From Octopus vulgaris (lineage: Eukaryota), in assembly GCA_951406725.2 (NCBI GenBank), contig OX597815.1, forward strand, positions 2,976,001 through 3,040,000: DNA of 64,000 nucleotides, given 5' to 3'. The notes below the pieces were generated by a model that saw nothing but the letters and a program-made list of their open reading frames with translations, made no database searches and was not told the DNA's origin. Positions 39,070 to 52,885 of this stretch are shown piece by piece. Position 1 is the first letter of the stretch. The number at the start of each line of letters is the position of its first letter. A program made the position numbers and the translations under genes.

Positions 39070-41639
39070 ATACACCACACTCAATATGTACATATATTTA
39101 TACATATACGTATACATGCATTCATACATATGATGATGGTGTGTGTGTGTGTATGTATATATATATATATATATATGTTCATACGCACACACATGCATAC
39201 TATTTATTTTTCACGTTGCAAATGACAATGTTGAGATTTTTACAGTGAAAATCGATACAGTGGAGATCCTGCTATTAGAACCGTTCTCCCCACCTTCTCC
39301 TCCTCACTAGCATCATCACTTTCATCATCATCATCACCATCATTTCCTAGTTGTTAAGACCTTTCCAGTTGTTTATCCCCTGCTGTGTTAGTTGTACAAC
39401 AAATGCTGTGGGAAGACTACTGTTTGTGAGGTTTAAAGTGTTTGCTCTTTATTTACGTTTTCTAGTTTGGAGGGGACACAACAACATCATCATCATCATC
39501 GTTTAACACCCGTTTTCCGTGCTAGCACAGGTTGGACGGTTCAACCTGGGTCTCGGAAGCCAGATGGCTGCCCCAGGCTCCAGTCTGATCTGGCAGAGTT
39601 TCTACAGCTGGATACTCCTTAGTAACGCCAACCACTCTGAGAGTGTAGTGGGTGCTTTCTACATGCCACTGGCACAGGTGCCAGGCAATGCTGGCAGTGG
39701 ATACGATTGGTTGATGCTTTTTACGTGCCACTGGCACAGAAGGCGGTCAAGGCAGCGCTGGCATCGACCACGTTCTGATGGTACTTTTTACGTGTCTCCG
39801 TTACAGGTATCACAACTACAATTTCCATTTGATATTTATTTTGATGTTGAAGTACTTGACTCAATAGGTCTCCTCAAGCACAGCAGGTCACGTGCCACCG
39901 GCACAGAAACCAGTCAAGGCGGCACTGGCATTGGCCACGTTCGGATGGTACCCTTAATAAATCCCTTCTCAACCCCCCCTCCCCCTCCAATATTGACGAG
40001 AACTGTGTGTGCTTCAATTATTGTTCGTATTTAGTTGTAGGAATTGTTTAATTTGCAGTCACCGAATACTGGGTGTTTGGATTATTTTCACGTACATTCC
40101 CATTCCTCCCACAAACATTTCTTGATTCTTATCTAACCATTGCATGTTCTGTAGTTAGGGCCTTGTTGGATAAGAACACTGTGTGATATCCTTCTCATTC
40201 AAGACAGCAGCGAGCTGGCAGAATCATTAGCATGCCAGGCGAAATGTTTAGTAGTATTTCGTCTGCCACTACGTTCTGAGTTCAAATTCTGTTGAGGTCG
40301 ACTTTGCCTTTCATCCTTTCAGGGTTGATTGAATAAGTACCAGTTATGCACAGGGCTCGATGTAATTGACTTAATCCCTTTGTCTGTCCTTGTTTGCACC
40401 CTCTATGTTTAGTCCCTTGTGGGTAGTAAAGAAATAGATATTTCGTCTGCCGCTACATTCTGAGTTCAAATTCTGCTGAGGTCGACTTTGCCTTTCATCC
40501 TTTTGGGTCGCAGCACCTTAGACATATTTTCCTTTACTATAGGCCCAAGGTAACCGTAGCCTTCTGATTGAATTTGATAGGCAGAAACACACATTTAGCT
40601 TGAAGGTAGTTTTATCATTAGGCACAGGAGTGGCTGTGTGGTAAGTAGCTTGCTTGCCAACCACATGGTTCTGGGTTCAGTCCCACTGCGTGGCACCTCA
40701 GGCAAGTGTCTTCTACTATAGCCTCGGTCCGACCAAAGCCTTGTGAGTGGATTTGGTAGACGGAAACTGAAAGAAGCACATCATATATATATGTACATGT
40801 GTGTATATGTTTGTGTGTCTGTTTGTCCCCCCAACATTGCTTTTTACGTCCCCGTAACTTAGTGGTTCAGCAAAAGAGACCGATAGAGTAAGTACTAGGC
40901 TTACAAAGAATAAGTCCTGGGGTCGATTTGCTCGACTAAAGGTGGTGCTCCAGCATGGCCGCAGTCAAATGACTGAAACAAGTAAAAGGGTATTATTATT
41001 CTTATTATTATTAGTTCAGCCATTAAGGCAGCAAGCTGGCAGGGTAGAATCGTTAACAGCATTTCACCCATCCCTACGTTTGCCACCAAGGTGGACTTTG
41101 CCTTTCATCCTTTCAGGATCGATTAAATTATTATCAGTAACGCACTGGGGTCAATGTAATTGACCTTAATCTTAAGGTGGTGAGCTGGCAGAAACGTTAG
41201 CACGCCGGGCGAAATGCTTAGCAGTATTTTGTCTGCTGTTACGTTCTGAGTTCAAATTCCGCTAAGGTCGACTTTCTCTTTTATCCTTCCGGGGTCAATG
41301 AATTAAGTACCAGTTACACACTGGGGTCGATGTAATCGACTTAATCCGTTTGTCTGTCCTTGTTTGTCCCCTCTGTGTTTAGCCCCTTGTGGGTAGTAAA
41401 GAAATAGGTATACTGCCTGCTGCTATATTCTGACTTCAAATTCTGCTGAGGTCGACTTTGCCCTTCATCCTTTCGGGGTCGATTAAATAAATATCAGTAA
41501 TGCACTGGGATCTATGTAATTGACCTTAATCCCCCTTCCCCCAAATTTAAGGCCTTGTGCTTTTAGTAGAAAAGATTATTAGTTCATCCATTGTTGTTGA
41601 AGATGACCAAGAACATCAGATGAGAAAAGATGGGGCCCA

Positions 41640-41970
41640 GTGACTGTGGCTTAATTAGTCTGTTGTGTGCTTGGAAGGCTCTGGTGCTCAGTTGGGACTG
41701 AAAGCAAGGTATTTGCTCTGGACTTGTGCAGCTCACATTTCCTGCTATCTTGTTCTGTTCATAGCAGGTGGCACCTCTGGTGGTCTTGTGCTTGTGTTTC
41801 TCAGATGTCAGGGTTGATCTCAAAGCTCTTTGGTGAGGCTTTACACATGTCCTTGACGTGGTTTTTTTTCTCCACTTTGTTTGTGCGCTTGTCTTCTGCC
41901 AGTTTGCTGTAGAGCAGTCTTTGAGGGCGGGGGTCACATATGAGGCATTCAAACTAATCCAGAGTAAAGA
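41640..41970 (-). mobile_element. Highly degenerate RTE/BovB-like LINE C-terminal fragment
   Basis: Frameshifted remnants resembling the G-G-x-x-K-R-x-K-D...W region followed by a Cys/His-rich tail. Confidence 0.45.
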
Positions 41971-43054
41971 AGAACCATACTCTGCAGCAGAGGTGTTAAG
42001 GCTGTTTCCCCTGGTGAAGGGCATTTGCCCATAAGAGTCATGTGAAAGCACCCAGCACACTCTGGAAAGTGGTTGGTGTCAGGGAAGGGCATCCAGCCAT
42101 AGAAACCATGCCAAATCAGACTGGTGCCTGGTGCTGCTTGCCACTTCCAGTCAAACCATCCAACCCATGCCAGTTGTCATCATGTTATGTTTTCCTGTAT
42201 GGAAAACAAATGTTGAATAATGATGATGATCATCGACGTCATCGTTTAACGTCCGCTTTCCATGCTGGCATGGGTTGGACGGTTTGACTCAGGACTGACA
42301 AGGCAGGAGGCTGCACCAGATTCAAATCTGATCTGGCAAAGTTTCTACAGCTGGATGCCCTTCCTAACACCAACCATTCTGAGAGTGTAGTGAGCGCTTT
42401 TTACGTGCCACCGGCACAAGGGCCAGTCAGGCGGTACTGGCATCGACCACGGTTGAATAGTGCTTTTCATGTGCCACCAGCAATGGGGCTTTTTACATGC
42501 CTCCGGCACAGGAGCCAGTCAGGCAGTACTGACATTGAACATGCTTGAATGGTGCTTCTTACGTGCCACCAGCACGATGATGATGATGATGTATATACTT
42601 TAGGTATTGCTAAATCGCTTATGACTACATAAGAGGCAAGCAGACCTAAACATCATCATCGTTTAACATCCGTTTTCCACGCTAGCACAGGTTGGACGGT
42701 TCGACCGGGATCTGGGAAGCCAGGAGGCTGCACCAGGCTCCAGTCTGATCTGGCAGTGTTTCTACAGCTGGATGCCCTTCCTAACGCCAACTGCCCTTCC
42801 TAATGCCAACAATGTTATGCTAATTCATTAAGGTGTTTCCAAGTCCTAATTTGATGAATTAAATTGTTCAGAGGTGCTTTGCTGCTCCTCCATAATCTAG
42901 TCACCTGGCATATGACAGATATGTGGTTCAATCCCTATCAAATTTCTTGTTAATTTCTCTGTCACAGAGTAGTACCCCTAAGTATGTTATTCCTGGTTTC
43001 TATTATAAAGATCTCACTTGTTTACATTATAAATAGGGAAACTTCTGAGATTTG

Positions 43055-43745
43055 AGCTGGGTCTCTAAACGTTTCTGGATTATTTTTGTTTAATGAAAAA
43101 TTACTTGCCTAAGTTTTAACATCATCACCTTTGAAACGGTCACCTTGTGTAGCAATGTACCGGTCCCCATGTTCCTACCATTTTTGGAATCTGGTCTGGC
43201 AGTTGTTTTCTGTGAGTCGAGGACCTTCTGCAATTCGCTCTGGATCTCAACAATGGTGTTGCAACAGCGACCTTTTCAGCTGCATTTTCATCTTGGGGGA
43301 GAGACGGAAGTCTGTAGGTGCTAAATCTGGGGAATGGGGGCAGGTGCAGAAGCAATACTATGTGTTTTTTTTGACAAGAAACTCGCGAGTGAGGAGGGGT
43401 CAGTGACAGGGTGCGTTGATGAGAAACTCGCGAGGGTGGAGGGGTCAGTGACAGGGTGCAATGTCATCGTGAAGAATCCAATTCTTCACGCTCCAGTTGC
43501 TTTCATGAATGTCCTCCCTCAAACATTTCAAAATGTTGCAGTAAAACTCTTAGTTCGTGGTCTGGCTCTGGGGCACAAATCTGGAAATGCCCCTTGTGGC
43601 AGATCTTCCTCATTGCTCATTGTCTTCTAGGGATTTTCTCCTGCTTTTGAAGCATCCATCACACTCAAAGCATCGTGTACAACCCATTGCCTTGTTGCCA
43701 TAAGCTTGCCAAAGCATGCTCAATGTCTGTAGCAGACTTCCCAAG
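43055..43745 (-). mobile_element. Internally deleted mariner transposon relic
   Basis: Minus-strand remnants of the N-terminal HTH (TLSMLWQAYGNKAM...FKSRRKSLEDNE), WILHDDIAPCH and PHSPDLAPTDF (YSPDLAPxD motif). Confidence 0.88.
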
Positions 43746-43972
43746 TTTAATTCTTTCTTTTCTTTTATTCTTTTACTTGTTTCAGTCATTTGACTGCGGC
43801 CATGCTGGAGCACCACCTTTAGTCGAGCAAATCGACCCCGGGACTTATTCTTTGTAAGCCTAGTACTTATTCTATCGGTCTCTTTTGCCGAACCACTAAG
43901 TGACGGGGACGTAAACACACCAGCATCTGTTGTCAAGCAATGCTAGGAGGACAAACACAGACACACAAACAT

Positions 43973-44029
<57 letters not shown>

Positions 44030-44288
44030 TACGACAGGCTTCTTTCAGTTTCCGTCTACCAAATCTACTCACAAGGCATTGGTCAGCCCGGGGCTAAAGC
44101 AGAAGACACTTGCCCAAGATGCCACGCAGTGGGACTGAACCTGCAACCATGTGGTTGGTTAGCAAGCTACTTACCACACAACCACTCCTGCAAAATTTTA
44201 CGTTGGTTCTTTATTCCTGTTCATCATTACAGCATACATCTGATCCCCAAAACACAAATTTCACAGCTTGCAAAATAAACACAGTAAT

Positions 44289-44756
44289 ATTGCAGCAACA
44301 TTCATCCTAAACCAGGACTGCCACGTTATGTTGGCAAGCAGTCTTTACTCCAAAGTACTGTTGCTGAATATCTCTCATTGTGAGATTTACAGAGTTTATA
44401 GAGTGACAACTAGTCACTGATCTATAAATTAGAAAATTATTATATTTCGAATGGGAATTTGGCAGTGCCACCTCTAGCCAAACAATTATTCTGTGCTGAT
44501 GAAGGGAAATAACCCGGAAATCGCGATACACAGATATTGTTTTGACCTGAGTGGGGAGGGTGCTAGATTCCCTTGTTCAAAAATATAAGGAATCAGATCA
44601 TGACATATAGCCAGCTGGACATGATGTTTCCTGGGGCTAAATTACAGTAACATTAGTCCTAAACAAGGACTGCCATGTTATGTTGGCAAACAGTCTTTAC
44701 TCCAAAGTTCTGTTGCTGAATATCTCTCGTGAGATTTACAAATAGTAATTTTCTAA
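44289..44756 (+). mobile_element. Retrozyme-like non-autonomous element, ~352-nt monomer present as ~1.3 tandem copies
   Basis: ~100-bp direct repeat offset by 352 nt (GGACTGCC at 44315 and 44667) with a central hammerhead. A fold-back copy of the same family lies at 59786-60099. Confidence 0.75.
44490..44534 (+). ncRNA. Minimal type-I hammerhead ribozyme
   Basis: TCTGTG-CTGATGA-AGGG(AAATAA)CCCG-GAAA-TCGCGA-TA^CACAGA. 6-bp stem I (extends via AAACAAT/ATTGTTT), intact core, stem II GGG/CCC with an A.G mismatch at its base, palindromic stem III ATCGCGAT. Confidence 0.82.
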
Positions 44757-44883
44757 CAGTGATATCACTCGGCACACTCCTCATGTAGGCCACTGCTAGC
44801 TCTCACACAACCATGTGCTGTCATCTGTCCAGGAACTTTTTGATACCACTTCATAAATGTAAAATATAAATAGTAAAATAACT

Positions 44884-45060
44884 ATTATTATTATTATTCA
44901 GGTCACTACCGGGAATCAAACTCGGAATCTTGGGGTTAGTAGCCCACACTCTTAACCACTATGCCCACAGGCATATGGCATAGTGGTTAAGAGCGCAGGC
45001 TACAAACCCCAACATTCCGAGTTTGGTTCCAGGCAGTGACCTGAATAATAATAATTATAA
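44884..45060. mobile_element. Head-to-head inverted pair of hammerhead-SINE tRNA heads
   Basis: TTATTCAGGTCACT...CTTAACCACTATGCC mirrored by GGCATAGTGGTTAAG...AGTGACCTGAATAA. Confidence 0.8.
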
Positions 45061-46810
45061 AATAACTATGTTTGGCAGAGATCATTGAGTTGTAACAAGA
45101 ATCAGTTTTGGTCTGAGGAGGGGTTACTCTTTACTCTTATGGTATAAAAGACAACCGTTCTAGTGCTGGGGCTGCCGGAAAAGAAAAACCCCAGTACACT
45201 CTGTAAATTGGTTTGGGCATCCAGTATAGAGACTAAACCGAAACTGAAGCATAGAGGCACCTGTCTGTGAGGGCCGTAGCTCTCAATAACAACCGGCTCT
45301 GACCATGACAACTCCTTTCGCTCATGCCAGTATAAGAAGTAATTATTTAGTAATAAAATAGTAATAATTTACGTGCAGGTGGCACGTAAAAAGCACCCAC
45401 TACACTCTCGGAGTGGTTGGCGTTAGGAAGGGCATCCAGCTGTAGAAACACTGCCAGATCAGACTGGAGCCTGGTGCAGCCTTTTGGCTTCCCAGATCCC
45501 CAGTCAAACCGTCCAACCCATGCTAGCATGGAGAACGGATGTTAAACGATGATGATGATGATGATGATGAATAAAAAATAATAATAATAGTAATTTTATG
45601 AGTTAATTGTAGCAGATTTAGATAATATTAAAATACCTTTTTAATTTAAAAATGTTCTTTATGTTTATTGTTGCCATCATTATCAACTAATGTCTGTTTT
45701 CCATGCTGTCATGGGTTGGATGGTTTGACATGGGCCGGCAAGGCTGGAGAGTTGCACCCAGTTCCATAGTGTGCTTTGGTAAGGTTTTTCTACAGCTGGA
45801 TGCCCTTCCTAATGCCAACCATTTTACAAGGTGGACTGGATGCTTTTTTTTTACGTGGCACCAGCAGCACTAGTCGTATGTAACAGGTTTCTTTCTCTCA
45901 GACAGCTTTGTTGTTTCTTGGGTTGGGGCAGAATCCCATTCAGGGAGTCGGCCACCCTTATACCCATTTCTCATAGAAATTGTGCATGTATATGCACATA
46001 CTACATATACAGTATATGATTAGGGATCTGTACCATAAATGTTGAGCACCATCCAAGTGTCATCATTGCCAGAGCAGCCAACTGGCTTCCATGCCGGTGG
46101 CACATAAAAGGGCACCATTTGAGCGTGATTGTTACCAACGTCGCCTTACTGGCACCTGTGCCAGTGGCATGTGTAAAAAGATTCAAGCGAGGTCATTGCC
46201 CGTACCGCCTGACTGGCCCCCGTGCCGATGGCACGTAAAAAGCACCCACTACACTCACGGAATGGTTAGCGTTAGGAAGGGCATCAAGCAGTAGAAACTC
46301 TGCCAAATCAAGATTGGAGCCTGGTGCAGCCATCTGGTTTGCCAGCCCTCAGTCAAAATCGTCCAACCCATGCTAGCATGGAAAGCAGACGTTAAACGAT
46401 GATGATGATGATGGTTGGGGGAGAATCCCATTCAAGGTGTTGGCCACCCTGATACCCGTTTCTCATAGAGATTGTGCGTGTATACACACATACTACATAT
46501 ACAGTATATGATTAGGGATATGTACCCTAAATGTTATACGTATTTAGTATATACATCATACGACCCCTGTGTGTGTGTATGCATCATCATCGTGTGTGTG
46601 TGTTTGTAGTTACAGGACATACAATTTATACTTTGATGCCACAGAAGCATACATACACATCTATATGTACACATATGCACACACATATATATGTATACAC
46701 ATGTATATATACATACATGTATACATTATATACACATTTTTTTTCTTTCATTTTAACCTTTCTTTAGGTGTTTATTTATTTATTCATCCAAGAGGTGTTG
46801 TGTGACCGAC

Positions 46811-46874
<64 letters not shown>

Positions 46875-47145
46875 ATATATACACAGGAGGGGGGGGTTGA
46901 GTGTGTATATTTACATATTGTTGTTTGTTTATTGTTGTTGTTGTGATTGTTGTTTGATGTTTCAATGTTTATTTTATGAAAAAGGCTATTATTGATTTTT
47001 CCCACATTTCCACAGGTGGGTGTATATATAGGGGTCTGTCACGTCTGTGTGTTTATATTATTGTTATATGCACATAAAAAAAAAACCGCTTATATACACA
47101 CATGCTGATATGTAAGAATACACATATATCAGCACATGTGTGTTT

Positions 47146-47266
<121 letters not shown>

Positions 47267-47516
47267 AATATATTTACACACATACACACACATACTTGCA
47301 TACACACTGTGTGGTGTAGGGGTGGCAGCTTGTTCCATTTTAAGTTCATTATAGAAGTCAATATAACATACAATTATACACTCTCCATTCTGCGTATACC
47401 TCCATCACCACCACCACCGCCGCCGCCACCACCCCTACCCCTACCATGCACTTTACAGAACATTAAATAGCTTTATAAAAATACAATGTAAGCCCTTACC
47501 AGACCCCCATTTCCAG

Positions 47517-47550
<34 letters not shown>

Positions 47551-47660
47551 TTAAGTGTTTGCCTCTGTGTGTGTGTGTGAGTGTGTGTATTTAAGTGTTT
47601 GCCTGTGTGTGTGAGTGTGTGAGTGTTATATATTTGAGTATGTTTTGTTTACACATATTC

Positions 47661-47697
<37 letters not shown>

Positions 47698-47790
47698 ATT
47701 TGTGTAAATATGTTGTTGCTGTATCTGTATGTATGCATTTGACTGTGTATACATGTTTGTGTATGTCATGTTCTATAATATCTGTATGTA

Positions 47791-47829
<39 letters not shown>

Positions 47830-47861
47830 TTGATGTGTATGAGTGCGTTCTCATGTCTGTA

Positions 47862-47894
<33 letters not shown>

Positions 47895-47904
47895 TTCATA
47901 TATA

Positions 47905-47951
<47 letters not shown>

Positions 47952-47952
47952 T

Positions 47953-48007
<55 letters not shown>

Positions 48008-48567
48008 CATATATAATATATATATATATATACATATATAATGTATATATATATATATACATATATAATATATAAATATATCTTCATACGCATCATTGTG
48101 TGTGTATATGTATCGTATAATTGTTACTATGCGTTTGTGTGTGTATGTGTGTTTCAGTTTCTATTCATATGTATTAATGTGTGTATGTATGTCTCCATGT
48201 AAGTTAGTCTTCTGCCAATGTATTTGTGTATGCGTGTGTGTGTGTGTGTGTATGAATATATATGAATGTCTTTGTGTATATGTATTCATACATTGTATTA
48301 TTTATGTGTATATGCTGAACCAGTACAGTCTTGTGTATGTGTCGCATGTATGTGTGTGGGTGTGTTTCTTCACATGTATATAATGCATGTATATGAATAT
48401 TTATTTCTGTTTCTACATTAATGCACGTGTACACATGTGATTTACTATGCATGGATGTGTGTATATATATAAGTGCACATGTACAAACTTTCATATGTGT
48501 ATGTTTCGCTGTTTGTGTCCATTTCAGAGTGTATATATTTGTTCTTGTGTGTCTCCATGTATGCATG

Positions 48568-48616
<49 letters not shown>

Positions 48617-48811
48617 TATATTTTATGGGGGTTTTTTTTTGTGTGTGTGTGTGTGTATTTATTTCATTGTCTGTGTTTCAGTATCTGTTTGCGAGAGAGT
48701 GAGGAGCAAAGGAAAGGAGAGAGAGGGGGGGTGGGGTCTGTGGAAATTCCATAACTACATCAATATCAACAAAGACAACAATACTGTCACATCAACTACA
48801 TGTCCCCCCTT

Positions 48812-48854
<43 letters not shown>

Positions 48855-49721
48855 TCATGTACATGCATGTAAAAGACATCCCTACACTTCAGTGGCCATC
48901 ACCATGACCATCACCGTCGTCACCATCATGGCCGTCCTTCTGCCGGCTTTTCTGATCATTGGCCCGTTTTCCCTTTCAATAAAACTCACAACCTTTTCAA
49001 CTGGATATGTTTATCTATTGAACTCACCCCCTCCTTAACATTTCTGCACCCCCCTCCATACGTTTTACCATTGTATACATTCATACATATATATGTGTGC
49101 GTCTGTGTGTGTATGTGCATCCACATACAAAAAATGTATAAACGTGTATCCATATGTACCTACACATACACACAAACATATATACACACACACATACATA
49201 GATATACATGCATATATACATTCAAACCCACCCATGCTAGCATGGAAAGCGGACGTTAAACGATGATGATGATGTGCATATATATATATATATATATAAA
49301 TAATATACATACATATGCATGCACACACACATGATGGGCTTCTTTCAGTTTCTCTCTACCAAATTCTCTCAAAAGGCTTTTGTTGGCCAAGGGCTATAGT
49401 GGAAGACATACCCAAGATGCTATACAGTGGGACTGAACCTGGAACCACGTAGTTGAGAAGCAACCTTCTTAACCATACAACCATGCCCGCACATTATACT
49501 ATACACACACATACATTTATTTAGGCCTATGAAATATATATGTACATACCAATGTATACCTATGTATACACATGTATATACCTATGTATATACATATATA
49601 TGTACCTATGTGCATGTATAGACATAGATTATAAAAGAAAGAAACAAAGAAGAAAAGCTCTCAAAAGTCAAGTTTTAACACATTGTATTAGATTGATACT
49701 TAAAAGAGGGAAGGGAAAGGG

Positions 49722-49760
49722 CCTTAACGTTTTGGATGTGAGTCCTTCATCAGAACAAGA
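49722..49760 (-). ncRNA. Degenerate minimal hammerhead motif
   Basis: Minus strand CTGATGA-AGGA(CTCACA)TCC-AAAAC-GTT. GAAA is mutated to AAAA and stem I is weak. Confidence 0.35.
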
Positions 49761-51165
49761 CATAGGAGGAGTGAGAGAGAAAGGAAATGTTGAAAAGGAA
49801 AAGATAAAAGAACACTTAGGTGTGGTATGTGTGTCCTGATCCATTCGTATATACATCTGTGTGTTCATCTCTCCATACCTTGGCTTGACACCATTTGCTA
49901 ATTATAAAATTACTGTCACCACCATAAAAAGCATTGATGTTATTTGCAATACGTGGAAACATGTCCAGCCATTGAACTGTTCATGTTTGAAAGACTAGAA
50001 GAAATATTGCCTTAACTGAGGAAACGTGTGAGGGTTGGTGATGACAAGAGCATCCACCTAATGGAAATTCAAATGAATGAATTTCTGTCCAACCTCTGTA
50101 AAAGTATGAAACATTGAATTGATGATGATGATGATGATGATGCTGCTGGTCATCATCTGTTTAAAGTTTCAGTTTGTGTCTGAAGTATTTATATTTCATT
50201 TTTATGATTTGTGTGTGAAGTCATTTGTCTTTTGTTATGACCAGTTCAGTGATGTGTTTATCAATATTGTTTGTGATAAAGTTGCAGGTTGTTGTTGTTG
50301 TTGTTATTTAATAGTATTCAATATAATACATTGTCTTTGTATTTGCAATAAACTTTACTTTGTTGCCAGCCGCACACACAATAAGGATGCACTCACTTGT
50401 GAAACAGCAAATTTATAAAATCCACTTCGTTTAACGTCTGTTTTCCATGCTGGCATGGGTCGGCTGGTTTGGCAGGAGCTGAACCAGCCAGAGAACGGTA
50501 ACAGGTTCCAATTGTCTGTTTTGGCATGGTTTCTACAGCTGGAAGCCCTTCCTAATGTCGATCCCTTTACAGAATATACTGGGTGGTCTTAATGTGGCAC
50601 CAACATGGGATCTTTTTACATGGTGCCAGCACAGGTGCTTTTTATGTGGCACCATCACTCGTGAGCTCACAAGAGAAGGATCTCTCAGCTGAGAAAAGGG
50701 AGTGGGACCAAGAAATTAGAGCATGATAAAGGGACAGAAGTAGCCAAATTACTGTTGAGGAGATTTTCGGCTACCTCAGTAAGAGGGCGAAGATGGGGGA
50801 AGAGTTAGAGAGAGAGAGAGGACCTGCTACAGGGGACAGTGGTGATAGTATAAGTAGTATAGAGGTGGGTGGAGGAGGATGTGCCATATGGGAAAGAAAG
50901 TTGTAGAGAGAGAGAGAGGGGGGGGAATATTCTGCAAAAGAAAGAGATTTGCCATCTCTACAAATTCCAGTAAATTTCTACAAAGTATTAACTTTGTGCT
51001 CAACAGCTGTTTCATTAGGATAAACATCATCTAATGTATAATTACATAATTATGGTGCATAATTAATTTAAAATCAAATCTAATTTTAAAGTAGTGTTTA
51101 CCAAAATCATCAAGGTGTATAATATATTTTGGGCATGTGCAGATATGAAAGTTTGTGTATATGTA

Positions 51166-52084
51166 CCGTAAATCCTTGAGTATAATCCACATTTTTTTCC
51201 CAAAATTTAAAGGCCAAAACCCCTAGTGCGTACTATATACGAGGTTAAAAATGAAAAATATTTTCTAAGCAATGTCCGAGTCTCTATTTGCTGTCCGGCA
51301 ATGTTTATTCAGACGCATTTTGTGATGTCGGGCGCGAAAATACCTTAAGCTAAGCCTGAAAGCAATGAAGTCATAAAAGAATCATCCATAACTTGCAGTA
51401 AGCAACATTTATTAAACGTTATTACTGTTATTTCTTTATTTTCTGCAAACAAAATGCACAAAAAAGCTACAAGTTTGCATTATAATAATAATAGAGGACA
51501 TTATCATATACATTTTTACAAATGGAATTTTACAATGGAATTTGTAGCTTTGTGGTACCAGTGCCGGTGGCACATGAGAAAACCATCTGAATGTGGCCAT
51601 AGCCAGGACCACACCGACAGGCCTCCATGCTGGTGGCACATAAAAAACACCATCCGAGCGTGGCTATTCGCCAGCCTCATCTGGCACCTGTGTCGGTGGC
51701 ACATAAAAAAAAACACCATCCGAGCGTGGCCGTTCGCCAGCCTCGTCTGGCACCTGTGTCGGTGGCACATAAAAAGCACCCACTACACTCACGGAGTGGT
51801 TGGCGTTAGGAAGGGCATCCAGCTGTAGAAACACTGCCAGATCTGACTGGCCTGGTGCAGCCTTTGGACTTCCCAGACTCCGGTCGAACCATCCAACCCA
51901 TGCCAGCATGGAAAACGGACGTTAAACGATGATGATGATAACAAGGACGTTATATAGACCTCCTTGACTCAAGTAAGAGAAGGAGTGCGTATTATACACA
52001 AGGTTTAGGTTTTTCAGCGGTACAGACCCCTAAAAATCCCCTGCGTATTATACTCGAGGGCGGATTATACTTGGGGATTTACAG
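51166..52084 (+). mobile_element. Tc1/mariner-superfamily (pogo/Tigger-like) MITE, interrupted by an RTE 3'-end insertion (~51520-51940)
   Basis: TIRs CCGTAAATCCTTGAGTATAATCC and GGATTATACTTGGGGATTTACAG, with TA on both sides (51164-65, 52085-86). Second copy at 4540-5006. Confidence 0.85.
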
Positions 52085-52196
52085 TATTTGCGTGGAGTTA
52101 TTACAGCTGTATATTTGTGTGCCACTGGGTGTGATTTACCTTTTCTTGTGCTTATTTAAACCTCGTTCATTATATATAAAGATTATTTTCCTCATG

Positions 52197-52885
52197 TCAA
52201 GGTGGCGAACTGGCAGAAACGTTAGCACGTTGGGCGAAATGCGTAGCCATATTTCGTCCGTCTTAAAAATGTTCTGAGTTCAAATTCCGCCGAGATCGAC
52301 TTTGCCTTTCATCCTTTCGGGGTCGATAAATTAAGTAGCAGTTACGCACTGAGGTCGATATAATCGACTTAATCCGTTTGTCTGTGCTTGTTTGTCCCCT
52401 CTATGTTTAGCACCTTGTGGGTAGTAAAGAAATAGGTATTTTGTCTGCGGCAAGCTGGCAGAAACGTTAGCACGCCGGGCGAAATGCTTAGCGGTATTTC
52501 GTCTGTCTTTACGTTCTGAGTTCAAATTCCGCCGAGGTCGACTTTGCCTTTCATCCTTTCGGTGTCGATTAAATAAGTACCAGTTACGCACTGGGGTCGA
52601 TATAATCGACTTAATCCGTTTGTCTGTCCTTGTTTGTCCTGTCTGTGTTTAGCCCCTTGTGGGTAGTAAAGAAATAGGTATTTTGTCTGCCGTTACATTC
52701 TGAGTTCAAATTCCGCCAAGGTCAACTTTGCCTTTCATCCTTTCGGGGTCGATAAATTATGTACCAGTTACACACTGGGGTCGATGTAATCGACTTAGTC
52801 CGTTTGTCTGTGCTTGTTTGTCTCACAAAGGGAAAATTATGTATTATGTCCCCTCTGTGTTTAGCCCCTTGTGGGTAGTAACGAA
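52197..52885 (+). mobile_element. Head-to-tail trimer of SINE family C (Nin/Deu-like central domain)
   Basis: Unit GAGCTGGCAGAAACGTTAGCACG...GAGTTCAAATTCC...GCCTTTCATCCTTTCGGGGTCGATAAATTAAGTACCAG. Similar clusters at ~22855-23530(-), ~24580-25265, ~40200-40510, ~41025-41580. Single copies at ~20-155, ~25640-25860(-), ~54940-55120. Confidence 0.88.
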
